Positions 39,216 to 51,740 of a DNA stretch of 64,000 bases are shown here, piece by piece; position 1 is the first letter of the stretch; each line of letters begins with the position of its first letter. Source of the DNA: Mobula hypostoma. Its lineage: Eukaryota. Both the position numbers and the translations under genes were made by a program. Under the pieces are notes generated by a model. It had not been told where the DNA came from. It did no database searches and was given only the letters and a program-made list of their open reading frames with translations. The DNA lies in the NCBI RefSeq assembly GCF_963921235.1, contig NC_086109.1:6078001-6142000 (forward strand). Reading direction: 5' to 3'.

Positions 39216-39957
39216 TTAATTGAAGGGTATAATGAAATACAGTCAACAAAGAAAATCTTTCACATTTCATAAACATTTCATCATTTGACTGTGTCGGCAT
39301 TCAGTGGTCTGGCAGTTTATTAACAATGAGCTACCAACTTCCATTCTGTGTTTATTGTTACAATTTGTAACAGTTGTAATTTGAAACACAAAATGTAAAC
39401 ATGTTGAAGCTCTAAAATATTTCAAAGTTAAGGTTGTGGTACATTTATTATTTAGAAAATGTATGGATTATATTCATTAATACATAATTACAAAGTATTT
39501 CACAATTATATTATCATAGATTACAAAATTATTTAGCATAATTTCAAAATTATATTAACAATATATAAAAGAAAATTCCAGCTGTGCAGCAATGAAGGCT
39601 ATGTACGCAGGAGCATTTCAGCTACTGCTTGGCCACACACCCGCGCAGCTTAGAGGGAACAGTACTTAGTCACTTGGAAACAATTTATGGTTGAACAATT
39701 TTCTTCAGTGCTTTTTCCAATATAATGGATTCCCTCTATTGTCTGTGTTCTCTTTATTCTGATTTTACTGTGGGAGTCAAATCTTTAAAAGCCCAGAAAT
39801 AACTTGGGTGCTTTCAATGGATGGGATATTGAATGCACAGTATCACACTCTGCTCCACAAAGAAGGAAATAATTGAAAAGTAGTGATGAGAATCAGGTTT
39901 GTTATCACTGACATATGCCGTGAAATTTGTTGTTTTGTGGCAGCACATATTGCAAGC

Positions 39958-40768
39958 TTTCACTTTCCGTATCTTGGAAGTCACCTCTCCTCCAATGTCA
40001 ACCTTAATGACGAGATCCAACATCGTCTTAAATGCACTGGAACAGCTTTTGGACGTCTCCGAACAAGAGTCTTTCATGATCGTGACATCCGAACAGACAG
40101 CAAAATGTTAGTGTACAAAGCAGTGGTAATCCCAACGCTCCTGTATGCATCAGACACCTGGACAACATACCGACGACATCCGAAGGCACTTGAAAAGTTC
40201 CATCAACGCTGTCTTCGAAACATCTTAAATATCAGCTGGGAAGACAGAAGAACCAACGTCAGTGTGCTAAATGAAGCAAAAACAACAAGCAGTGAAGCCT
40301 ACGTCATCAAGAGCCAACTAAGATGGAGAGGTCATGTTGTTCGGATGAAAGATGAGCGTCTGCCGAAACAAATCTTCTACTCCCAGCTTAAAGAAGGCAA
40401 ACGTAAAAGAGGCGGACAACAGAAGAGATTCAAAGACGTCTTAAAAGCCAACATGAAGAAATGTAACATCGACATCAACAATTGGGAAACCAATGCCAAG
40501 GACAGGAAACTCCGGGAAGCCATCATCCGAGAAGGAACAGCGACTTTCGAAGCCAACAGATGTGCAGAATTAGAAGAAAAGAGAAGAAAATGGAAAGAGA
40601 GGCAGCAACAACCAAAGCCCGATCTGCCATCTGGAACTACCTGTCCTGAATGCGGAAGAACTTTCAAAGCCAAGATTGGACTCATAAGCCACTTGAGAGC
40701 CCATAAGTAGATCAACAGAATGAAGACCATCATCCTCGACCTCAAGGGATAGCCACGACCACGACGAC
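39958..40768 (+). mobile_element. 5'-truncated RTE-clade LINE with C-terminal C2H2 finger
   Basis: Open frame FPYLGS..TLLYASDTW..QLRWRGHVVRMKDERLPK..CPECGRTFKAKIGLISHLRAH*; short UTR with ACG tail; 9-bp duplication ATTGCAAGC (39949-39957, 40769-40777). Confidence 0.93.
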
Positions 40769-41581
40769 ATTGCAAGCCATGAAACAGTATAAATTTCCAT
40801 AAGAAATACATATAAAAAATGAAATAACTCATGCTAAAGAAGAGCAAAGAGCGAAGAAGTCATAGATCAAACTGCACAGAAACAGGCCCTTTGGTGCCAC
40901 TCGTCCATGCCACCAAGGTTTATTTACTTAGCGAAACAGCACCGGACATTTCAACCCAGTGAGCCACATCGCCCAGCAACCCACCGATTCAACCCGAGCC
41001 TAGTCATAGGCAATTTACAGTGACTAATTAACCTACTGACTGGTACTTCTTTGGATTATGGAAGGAAACCGGAGCACCCGGAGTAACCCCCACACCCTCA
41101 TGGGAAGAACATAGAACCTTCTTACAGATGGCATTGGAACTGAAATCCAAACTCTGAGTTGTTATAGTGTCATGCTAACCGTTACGTTACTATGGTGACA
41201 AAGCTCGTCCCACATGCCAGTGTTTGGCCCATAATCACCTGAACCTTTCCAATCCACGTACCTATCCAATTGATTTTTAAAAGTTAATTTGGCTGTCTCA
41301 ACTAATTTCTCATTTCCCTTACTGCAGATAATACTTTTTCTGTAAGAGTTGCGCCTTAATTTCCTCTCAATTCTTTCCTCTCTCAGTTTGAATCCATGCC
41401 ATTAGTTCCTCATCCCCCAACCCTGGGAAACACACTCATTCTATCCATATCCCTCATGATTTTATACATCTCTGTAAGATCACCCCTCAGTCTCCTATGA
41501 TCCAAGGAGTAAAGTCTCATTACATCCATCTTCCCCTAGTAACTTGTTCCTTTGATTCCTGGCAACATTCTTTTAAATCTT

Positions 41582-42293
41582 GGATACTTGGTAGTGTGGA
41601 GGAGTAGTGGGATCTGGGGGTACATGTCCACAGAGCCCTGAAAGTTGCCTCACAGGTAGATAGGGTAGTTAAGAAAGCTTATGGGGTGTTAGCTTTCATA
41701 AGTCGAGAGATGGTGTTTAAGAGTCACAATGTAACGATGCAGCTCTATAAAACTCTGGTTAGGCCACAATTGGAGTACTGTGTCCAGTTCTGGTCGTCTC
41801 ACTGTAGGAAGGATGTGGAAGCATTGGAAAGGGTACAGAGGAGATTTACCAGGATGCTGCCTGGTTTAGGGAGTATGGATTATGATCAGAGATTAAGGGA
41901 GCTAGGGCTTTACTCTTTGGAGAGAAGGAGGATGAGAGGAGACATGATAGAGGTATACAAGATAATAAGAGGAATAGATAGAGTGGATAGCCAGTGCCTC
42001 TTCCCCAGGGCACCACTGCTCAATACAAGAGGACATGGCTTTAAGGTAAGGGGTGGGAAGTTCAGCAGGGATATTAGAGGAAGGTTTTTTACTCAGAGAG
42101 TGGTTGGTGCATGGAATGCACTGCCTGAGTCAGTGGTGGAGGCAGATACACTGGTGAAGCTTAAGAGACTACTAGGCAGGTATATGGAGGAATTTAAGGT
42201 GGGGGGGGTATATGGGAGGCAGGGTTTGAGGGTTGGCACAACATTGTGGGCCAAAGGGCCTGTAATGTGCTGTACTATTCTATGTTCTATGTT
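41582..42293 (+). mobile_element. CR1 3' fragment
   Basis: ORF 41686-42315 with CR1 C-terminal motifs; TCTATGT tail. Confidence 0.92.
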
Positions 42294-42677
42294 TCCTGTA
42301 CTCCTTCTAGTTTAATAATAGCAGCAAATGCACCCATGTGATACTATTCCAGCTTGGGATGTTTGAGAGCTTGGAGTTCGATTACGGCGCTGTTGTGTAA
42401 GGAGTCTTGTATATCCTCCCGTAGAATGCGTTGGTTTTCTCCAGATGCTATGGTTTCCTCCCACAGTCTAAAGAAGTACTGGATAGGTTCAAAGTTCAAA
42501 GTTCAAAGTTCGAAGTAAATTTATTATCAAAGTATATATATGTCACCATATATCACCCTGAGATTCAATTTCTTGTGGGCATATTCAATAAATCCATAGA
42601 TAAATCCGTAACAGAATCAATGAAAGACCACACCAACTTGTGCATTCAACCAAAGTGCAGAAGACAACAAACTGCAA

Positions 42678-43220
42678 ATAGAACCATAGAAACTACAGCA
42701 CAGAAACAGGCCCTTTGGCCCTTCTTGGCTGTGCCGAACCATTTTCTGCCTAGTCCCACTGACCTGCACACGGACCATATCCCTCCACACACCTCCCATT
42801 CATGTATCTGTCCAATTTATTCTTAAATGTTAAAAAAGAACCCGCATTTACCACTTCGTCTGGCAGCTCATTCCATACTCCCACTACTCTCTGTGTGAAG
42901 AAGCCCCCCCTAATGTTCCCTTTAAACTTTTCCCCCCTCACCCTTAACCCATGTCCTCTGGTTTTTTTCTCCCCTTGCCTCAGTGGAAAAAGCCTGCTTG
43001 CATTCACTCTATCTATACCCATCATAATTTTATATACCTCTATCAAATCTCCCCTCATTCTTCTACGCTCCAGGGAATAAAGTCCTAACCTATTCAACCT
43101 TTCTCTGTAACTGAGTTTCTCAAGTCCCGGCAACATCCTCATAAACCTTCTCTGCACTCTTTCAACCTTATTTATATCCTTCCTGTAATTCGGTGACCAA
43201 AACTGAACACAATACTCCAG
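42678..43220 (-). mobile_element. CR1 3' fragment
   Basis: LEYCVQFWSP..FFTQRVVGVWNELP in ORF 42750-43268. Confidence 0.92.
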
Positions 43221-44169
43221 ATTCCAAATACAAAAAGAAATAAATAATAATAATAAATAAATAAGCAATAAATATTGATTGTGGGAACATTTCAGTGATG
43301 GGACGAGTAAAGTTATCCCCTTTGGTTCAAGAGGCTGATGGTTTAGGGGTAGTAACTGTTCCTGAACCTGGTGGGGTGAGTCCTGAGTCTCCTGTACCTC
43401 CTTTCTGATGGTTAATTGGTCATTGTAAATTGTCTCATGATTAGGCTAGGGTTAATTGGGTTTTCATGGGTTACTGGGGCAGTGTGACTCGAAGGGCTGG
43501 AAGGGCCTACTCGCGCTGTCTCACTAAATCGATCAATCAATCAATCAATCTTTCTAATAACAAGGCGACCAAAACTGGACCCAACACTCCAAGGTGGCCT
43601 CTTCAATGTCCATCAATGACCTCTCAACTTTTATACCCAATATCCTGATAGGTGAAGGCTCCTGTTTTCTATCATCCATGTGTCTGTCTAAGAGTCTCTT
43701 AAATGTCCTTAATGTATCTGCCCCTACCACCATCCTGACAGTGTGTTCCACACACTCACCACTCCCCGTGTAAACCACCTTACCTCTGACATCCCCCCTG
43801 CCCCTATACTTTCCTTCAATCATCTTAAAATTATGCCCTCTTGTATACCGCCCTGGGAAAGTCTCTGGCTGTCCATTCGATCTATACCTTTTCCCAACTA
43901 GTACACTTCTATCAAGTCACCTCTCATTCTCCTTTGCTCCTAAGAGAAAAGCCCAAGCTTGCTCAAACTCTCCTCATAAGACATGCTCTTCAATCCAGGC
44001 AACATCCTGGTAAATTTTCTCTGGTCTCACTTACCGCCCATTACGCCACTGGTGATTAGGACAACAATGAAGGTCTTCCATCTCTGTCTGTCCTTCAGGC
44101 TGCATCTATGAAGAGGAATAAACAGTCAGCATTTTGTTTCCAGTCCTGACGAAGAATCTTGAATCCAAA

Positions 44170-45370
44170 ACCTGGGAGTCCTCACGTAGGATTCCCTAAA
44201 AGGTTAATTTGCAGGTTGAGTCGGTGGTGAGGAAGGCAATTGCGATGTCAGCATTCGTTTCAAGAGGACTAGAATATAAAAGCAAGGATGTAACATTGAG
44301 GCTTTATAAGGCACTGGTGAGGCCTTACTCACAATATTGTGAGCAGTTTTGGGCCCCTTATCTAAGAAAGGATGTGCTGACATTGGAGAGAGTTCAAAAG
44401 AGGTTCATGAAAATGATTCTGAGATTAAAAGGCTTGTCATAGGAAGTGTGTTTGATGGCTCTGAACCTGTATTCACTAGAATTCAGAAGAATGATGGGTG
44501 ACCACATTGAAACCTATCAAACGTTGAAAGACTTTGACAGAGTGGATGTGGAGAGGATATTTCCTGCCGTGAGGGAGTCTAGGACCAGAGGATGTAGCCT
44601 CAGAATAGAGGGGCTTCCATTTAGAATGGAGATGAGGAGGAAGTTCTTTAGACAGAGGGTGGTGAATCTGTGGAATTCATTGCCACAGGTGGCTGTGGAG
44701 GACAAGTCATTGGGCATATGTAAGGCAGAGGTTGTTAATTTCTTGATTAGTCAGGGTATGAAGGGATACAGGGAGAAGGCAAGTGGCCAGTGCTATCATG
44801 TTTGCTGTTGTGTGCTGGGGCAGCAGTCTGAGGGTGGCAGACATCAAAAGAATCAACAAACTCATTCGTAAGGCCAGTGATGTTGTGGGGATGGAACTGG
44901 ACTCTCTGACGGTGGTGTCTGAAAAGAGGATTCTGTCTAAGTTGCATGCCATCTTGGACAATGTCTCCCATCCACTACATAATGTACTGGGTGGGCACAG
45001 GAGTACATTCAGCCAGAGACTCATTCCTCCGAGATACAGCACAGAGTGTCACAGGAAGTCATTCCTGCCTGTGGCCATCAAACTTTACAACTCCTCCCTT
45101 GGAGGGTCAGACACCCTGTGCCGATAGGCTGGTCCTGGACTTATTTCATAATTTACTGGCATAACTTACATATTACTATTTAACTATTTATGGTTCTATT
45201 ACTATTTATTATTTATGGAGCAACTGTAACGAAAACCAATTTCCCCCTGGATCAATAAAGTATGACTATGACTATGACTATTGAAGCTGAGAGGGAAATG
45301 GATCAGCCATGCTGAAATGGTGGAGCCGACTTGATGGGCCAAATGGCCTAATTCTGCTCCTATATCTCAT
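44170..45370 (+). mobile_element. CR1 3' fragment interrupted by a Rex1/Babar 3' end (44782-45280)
   Basis: ORFs 44209-44442 and 44446-44871 (CR1), 44783-45127 (Rex-type) with TATGAC tail. Confidence 0.88.
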
Positions 45371-47361
45371 AGTCAAAATATCGACTGTTTATTCCACCCC
45401 ATAGAGGCTGCCCGACCTGCTAGGTTTCTCCAGCATTCTTTGTACATTTCCAGCATCTGCAGAATCTCTTGTGTTTTATAGAGCTGCAACATTACCCTGT
45501 GGCTCTTGGTCTCAATTCTGCTCCGATTACTGAAGGCCAACAAACCACATGCCTTCTCAGGAACCCTGAAGAGTGAAAGAACTGAACTGGTCTCTGGAAA
45601 AATAATTGAATTTTGAAGTTACAGCAGGTGTTGGTGGTGTGTTACGGTGTGCTCTGATCTATTCAGCGTTGGTTGATTGCCAGGTCTGCTGTTAAAATCA
45701 GAAGCAGTTCACTGCAGCCACCGCCAACATCTTACAATGCAAACGACGCCTGCAGTACCTCTACACTTTTGAAGATTTGGCTCCTACCAGTAAACGCAGA
45801 ATAAAGAGAATGCACACAATGGAGGGAAAGCGTGATAAAGGAGAAGCAATGAAGAAAATTGTTCTGCGTCCAATTAGTTTTGACAGCTATTTCATTTCGC
45901 AGAACCCCCAGAGTTTACTCTGTCAGCCTGCAGCACTTGCCTCATTAACAACCATTAGAATCACTCTCACATGTTACTGTTGTCCGAGCGAGTTACCCCG
46001 CACAGGGCTGCGATGTGCTGAACACTGAGATTTTGGTTGGAATTGCAATATTCCCATGTCAGTACTAATCAACGCCCCAAAACATGGGCCTCTGTACCTC
46101 CCTCTGCAACCTGGATCTTCGACATCCTCATCGGGAGATCACGGTAAATGCGGATTGGAAATGACACCTCTCCTCGCTGACAATCAACACTGGCGCGCCT
46201 TAGGCCACTGCTCTGCTCTCCACTCATGACACAAACAGCATCTATAAATTTGCCGAGGATACAGCTGTTGTCAGCAGAAGCTCAGGTGGAGACGAGGGGG
46301 CATACAGGGGTGAGACAGATCACCTGATTGAATGATGTCACACACCAACCCTGAGCTCTACGTCAGCAAGATCAAGGAATTGACTGGGCACTTCAAGTTC
46401 AAGATTAATCATCATTCAACCACACGCATGAATACAGCCAAATGAAACAGTGTTACTCTGGGGCCAAGATGCAAAACACAGTACTAACAGCACACAGTAC
46501 ATACAGCACATATAAATACAATAATAGAAAGCATACAGTTACAAATATATATATAATAATAATATAGCAGTTCTAGAATGTCATGGTCTGTAGATCTATG
46601 GTGCATAGATGTTGTCCTGGAGCCATGTTTCTGTAAGAACAAGCCCACAGCAGTTCCTCATCTCATGCAAGTATAGCCCGCAGATGAACGCAATCCAGCT
46701 TGTCTTCCACAGAGCAAACACTGGAGAGCAGCAACAACGGGAGGGGATGGCCCCCCAACCCAGCACGCAATCAGGGTATACAGCTACCTCCAACGTCTCC
46801 TTCACCGGTGGCTATACAAGGTGACCCCAAGGCTTGATCCAAGAAACAACCAAGGCTACGCAGTTCACCCAGCATCAGTCTCGCCAATGAACCGGTGAAT
46901 TAGTGTCACAATATTCCACATTAGCAATATTCAACAGGGTCTTGTGATCAGAATAAGATCCAAATTGTTGACCGCATCTTCTTCCACGGGTGGCTGAAGC
47001 AGCCTGCAACAAGTCCAGCTCCACCACTATCCAGCGTCTCGCTTGTGGGGTAGGTCTGCAGTACCCGATGTTCTTAATATCCAGCAGTGTTATATGATCA
47101 TAAAAAAGATGCAAGTGATGGATCTTTGTTACCCCACCACCCAGGAAATGCTCTCTTCCCGCTGCTGCGATCCAGAAGAAGATACAGGAGCCTCAGGACC
47201 CAGACTACCAGGTTCAGGAGCAATTACTACCCCTCAGCCATCAAGGGTCTTGAAACAAAGGGGATAACCTCACTCAACTTCACTTGTCCCATCACTGACC
47301 TGTTCCCACAGCCAATGGACTCAGTTTCAAGGACTCTTCATCTCATGTTCTCGGTATTTTT

Positions 47362-48030
47362 TTAGATTATGAGGACACTCAGTCCTCATTTATTGTCATT
47401 TAGAAAAGCATACATTAAGAAATGATACAATGTTCCTCCAGTATGATATCACAGAACACAGGACAGACCAAGACTAAAACTGATAAAAACCACATAACTA
47501 TAACATAGTTACAACAGTGTAAAGCAATACCGTAATTTGATAAAGAGCAAACCATGGGCATGGTAAAAAAAAGTCTCAAAGTCCTGATAGCCCCAACATC
47601 TCATGTAGACGGTAGAAGAGAGAAACTCTCCCTGCCACAAGCCTCCAGCACCACAAACTTGCCAATGCAACATCTTGGAAGCACCCGACCACAGTCCGAC
47701 TCAGAGCCCGTCCAAAAACTTCGAGCCTCTGACCAGCCCTCTGACACCAAGCGCTGAGCACCATCTCTGCCGAGCGCTTCGACCCCACCCCGGCTGCCGA
47801 GCAATAGGCAAAGCCGAGGACTCGGGGCCTTCCCCTCTGGAGATTTCGGATCGCACAGTAGCAGCGGCAGTGAATCAGGCATTTCAGAAGTTTCACCAGA
47901 TGTTCCTCTGTGCTCTCACATCTGTCTCCATAAAATCAGGATTGTGCACAGCACCCTACTTGATAGATAACAGATATTCATCACCGGAGTGGCCACTGCG
48001 CGCTGCGTCGCGCCGCCATCTTCTCCTCCA
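47362..48030 (-). mobile_element. ~680-bp non-autonomous retroelement (copy 2)
   Basis: Reverse complement of 8010-8692; head GGAGGAGAAGATGGCGGCGCGACGCAGC. Confidence 0.82.
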
Positions 48031-48367
48031 CATTTACTGCTTATTTATTTATTATTATTATTTCTTTCTTTTTGTGGTCTTCTGCACTCTGGTTGAATGC
48101 TCAGGTTGGGCGGTCTTTCATTAATTCTATTGTGGTTATTAGTCTATGGATTTATTGCATATGCCAACAAGAAAATAAATCTCCAAGTCATATATGATGA
48201 CATGCGTGTACTTTAATAATAAATTTACTTTGAACTTTTTTCTGAACTTCCACCTGGAGAGGCCAATGCGACTGAATGTGCCGCCATCTTACAGGAAGAG
48301 GAAATTGGGAGAACACACACTAGCCCTCATTGATGGGTCAGCAGTAGAAAGGGTGAACAGTTCATGT

Positions 48368-48596
48368 CACAAGCAAGAGAGAGTCTGCAGATGCTGGAAA
48401 TCTGAGCAACACACTCAAAATGCTGGAGGAGCTCAGCAAGCCAGGCAGCACCTATGGAAAAGAGTAGCGTCGACATTTCAGTCTGAGACCCTTCATCAGG
48501 ACTGGTGAAGGGTCTCGACCCGGAACGTTGACTGTACTCTCTTCCACAGATGCTGCCTGGCCTGCTGAGTTCCTCCAGCATTTTGAGTGTGTTGCT
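48368..48596. mobile_element. Penelope-derived fold-back insertion with back-to-back hammerhead motifs
   Basis: 192-bp imperfect palindrome 48405-48596; 14-bp duplication TGAACAGTTCATGT / TGAACATTTCATGT; interrupts a Rex-type fragment. Confidence 0.88.
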
Positions 48597-49165
48597 TGAA
48601 CATTTCATGTTTCTGGGTGTCAGCTCCTCAGAGGATCTATCCTGAAGCCAACATCTTGATGAAATTACTTAGACGGCATGCTAACAGCTAAACTGCATTT
48701 CATTAGGAGTTTGAGGAGGTATGGAATGTCACCAAAGGCTCTAGCAGATTTCTCCAGATGTGCGGTGGAGAGCACTACTGTCTGGTCTGAAGGTTCCAAT
48801 GCAGAGGATTGTAAACTCAGCCAGTTCCTTCATGAGCACCAGTCTCCCCACCCTCGAGGACCCCTTCAACAGGCGATGCTCCAAGAAGGGGGCATGTAGC
48901 ACATTTTCCACCCAGGACATTCCCTCTTCTCTTTGCTACCATCAGACAGGACATTCAGGAGCTTGAAGACACACACTCAACATTTTAGGAACAGCTTCCT
49001 CGCCTCTTCCATCAGAGTTTTGCACTATTTATGAATTACTTATATTCTTATTGTAATTCATAATCATTTTTTGTTTATTGTCAGTACTGCTGCTGTAAAA
49101 CAAATTTCACAACATACGTCCGTGATAATAAACCTGATTCTGATGATTTTGTGCTTTAAACCATG

Positions 49166-49200
49166 TGCAGTTTTGCAGTAAATCCACCAGAGGGCAGTGA
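49166..49200 (+). promoter_or_regulatory. Candidate CTCF site with upstream motif
   Basis: Core CCACCAGAGGGCAG (49184-49197) with TGCAGT starting 18 bp before the core CC, in non-repeat sequence. Confidence 0.65.
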
Positions 49201-50555
49201 TGACTTTAGGATCACAACTCAAGGCTCCCCCCAGGGGCAAAAGGTCTACTCTAGTTCTAACAGCTCTTCCCTGTTAATTGCTTATATTTTCAGATTTAAG
49301 CAATGCACAAAGTATAAAGAAGCCAATTCCAGCATTTCATAATCTAATAAAATACTATATGCCTTTTATTGATGAGTGAATCAAGACCATAAGACATAGG
49401 AACAGAATTAGGCCATTCGGCCCATCGAGTCTGCTCTGCCATTCATCATGGCTGACTTATTATCCCCTTCAACCCCATTCTCTTGTCTTCTCTCCATAAC
49501 CTTTGACATCCTTACTAATCAAGAACGTATCAACCAGCCGCTATGAATATACCCAATGACAAACTCCGGAATGCCCCTGAGCTGTAACACTAACCACTAC
49601 ATTACTGTGGCACCCCACTTTAGACTGTGACGTGTGTCCCTTGGCTGCCATGTAACAGCAGGGAGAGTGCTTCAGGACCTGTTGGCTATGATATGCGTTT
49701 GCTGTGAGAAGTGGAAGAAGAACTGGAGGAGTCAGATTATATTTTCTTGTCCCTGCACGGACCATTTTCTGTGGGACTCAGGACGTTCTAATTTAAGGAG
49801 GATGGGTTGAGGGGAATGATAAATCAGCCATGATAGGATTGTGGAGCTGACCTGATGGACTCAATGGCCCTAATGCAGCTCCTATGTTTTGTCTTTTGGT
49901 TACAGGCAGAAGGCAGGAGAATGGGGCCGAGATGGATAATAAATCAGCCATGATGGAATGGTGCAGACCTGATGGGCCAAAAGGCCTCATTCCATTCCTA
50001 TGCTTATAGTCTAGTGGACGTGGCCTCCACAGCCATCAGTAGCAATGAGTTCCACAGATTCTCTATCCTTTAGCGAAGCAAGTTCCTCCTCATCGCTGTC
50101 CTAAATGGACAACCCTCAATTCTGAGTCTGTGCCTTCTGGTCCTCGACTTTCCCACGACCTCCTCTCCACATCCACCCGATCTAGGCCTTTCAGTTTTTG
50201 AAGTTTCCATGAGATCGTCATATGTTAACTCTTTCATTCCCAGAATCATCCTCTGGACCCTCTCCAATGCCAGCATATCTTTTTTTAAATAAGAGGCTTA
50301 AAACTGCTCACAATACCCCAAGTGCTGTCTGACCGATGCCTTAAAGCCTCAGCTTTATAGTGCAACGAGTTTTATTTTTGACTAAAGAGAGGAATATGCC
50401 AAAAGAAGAGGACCAAATGGAAGCTGAGGGGGAATATTATGGATGGCAGAGCTGGTGTTTTTGCTCTTTTGTTCATATACACAAGATGATAAGAGGCATA
50501 GATTGAGTGGACAGCCAGAGACTTTCCCCAGGATGGAAATAGCTAATACAAAAGG

Positions 50556-50891
50556 CACTCTTCCCTCCAAGCTGTGCAGGAACGCTGCTGCGCAGTGACT
50601 GAAATGCCCCCACGCACATAGCCTTTGTTGCTGCACAGATGGAATTGAACGCAGCTAGAAAAAGTTTATGAAATGTGAAACATTTTCGTTGTTGTACTGT
50701 GTTTCATTATACCCTTCAATTACTGAATAAAATCAAAAGTATGTCATGTTTCAGTTTTCATTCTAAATATTCACAGTATACGTATTACCAAAAAAATTAA
50801 ACTGCTGAGCAGTTTTCAGGCCATGTAGAAATTTCCTTCTCAGAGTAATGGTTGGTCTGTGCAGCTGTAAAAAGAATTAGAGGGGACATTG
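50556..50891 (+). mobile_element. hAT-superfamily MITE
   Basis: TIRs CACTCTTCCCTCCAA / TTAGAGGGGACATTG; 8-bp duplication ACAAAAGG / ACAAGAGG; interrupts a CR1 fragment. Confidence 0.85.
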
Positions 50892-51740
50892 ACAAGAGGA
50901 CGTAATTTTAAGGTGATTGGAGGAAAGTGATGGGGGGGGCAGAATATCAGAAGTAAGTTTTATTTTACACAGAGAGTGGCGAGTGTGTGGAACACACTGT
51001 CAAGGGTGATAGTAGAGGCAGATGCATTAGGGACATTTAAGAGACTTTTAGATAGATTCGCGGATGATGGAAAAATGGAGGGCTGTGTGGGAGGGAAGGG
51101 TTAGATTGGTCCTGGAGCAGGATAAAGGATCGGTACAACATCATGGGCTGAAGGGCCTGTACTCTGCTGTAAAGCCTTTTCTTCATTTTACCCAAATGGA
51201 GACTAATAGGCCATACATGTAAATGAAAAATATTAAGAAATTCATATTCACGGTATCAGTGAATTTATATTTAACCATCAAATTAGTTTTTGATATAGCT
51301 GATTATTTAAATATCCAGAGATGAGGAGGAATTTCTTGAGCCAGAGGGCGGCAAATGTGTGGAATTCGCTGCCACAAATGATTGTGGAGACCAAGTCGCT
51401 GGGCATATTTAAAGTGGAGGTTGCCGTTTTTTGATTAGTAAAGGTGTCAAGGGTTACGAGGGGAAGGCAGGAGAGTAGGGTTGTGAGAGAAAAATAAATC
51501 AGCTATGATCAAATGGCAGAACCGACTCAATGGGCTGAATGGCCTAATTCTCTTCCTGAGGGTCTGTACTGTGCAGTACTGTTCTATGTTCCATGTTCCA
51601 TGTTGCATGTTCTGTGTTATGTTTAGGGAACAGTGACACAGAATTATTGGACGTACAGAGTCTGTTCACCATTACCAAGATCTGAAGGAAGAGTAAGCAA
51701 AGTTTGCTTGCAATCAAGGCACCATCATGTAACAAAGGGG

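Noticed and set aside
39883..40710. Host C2H2 zinc-finger gene
   Set aside because: The finger is the C-terminus of an RTE LINE bounded by a target duplication; the ORF start lies in an unrelated repeat
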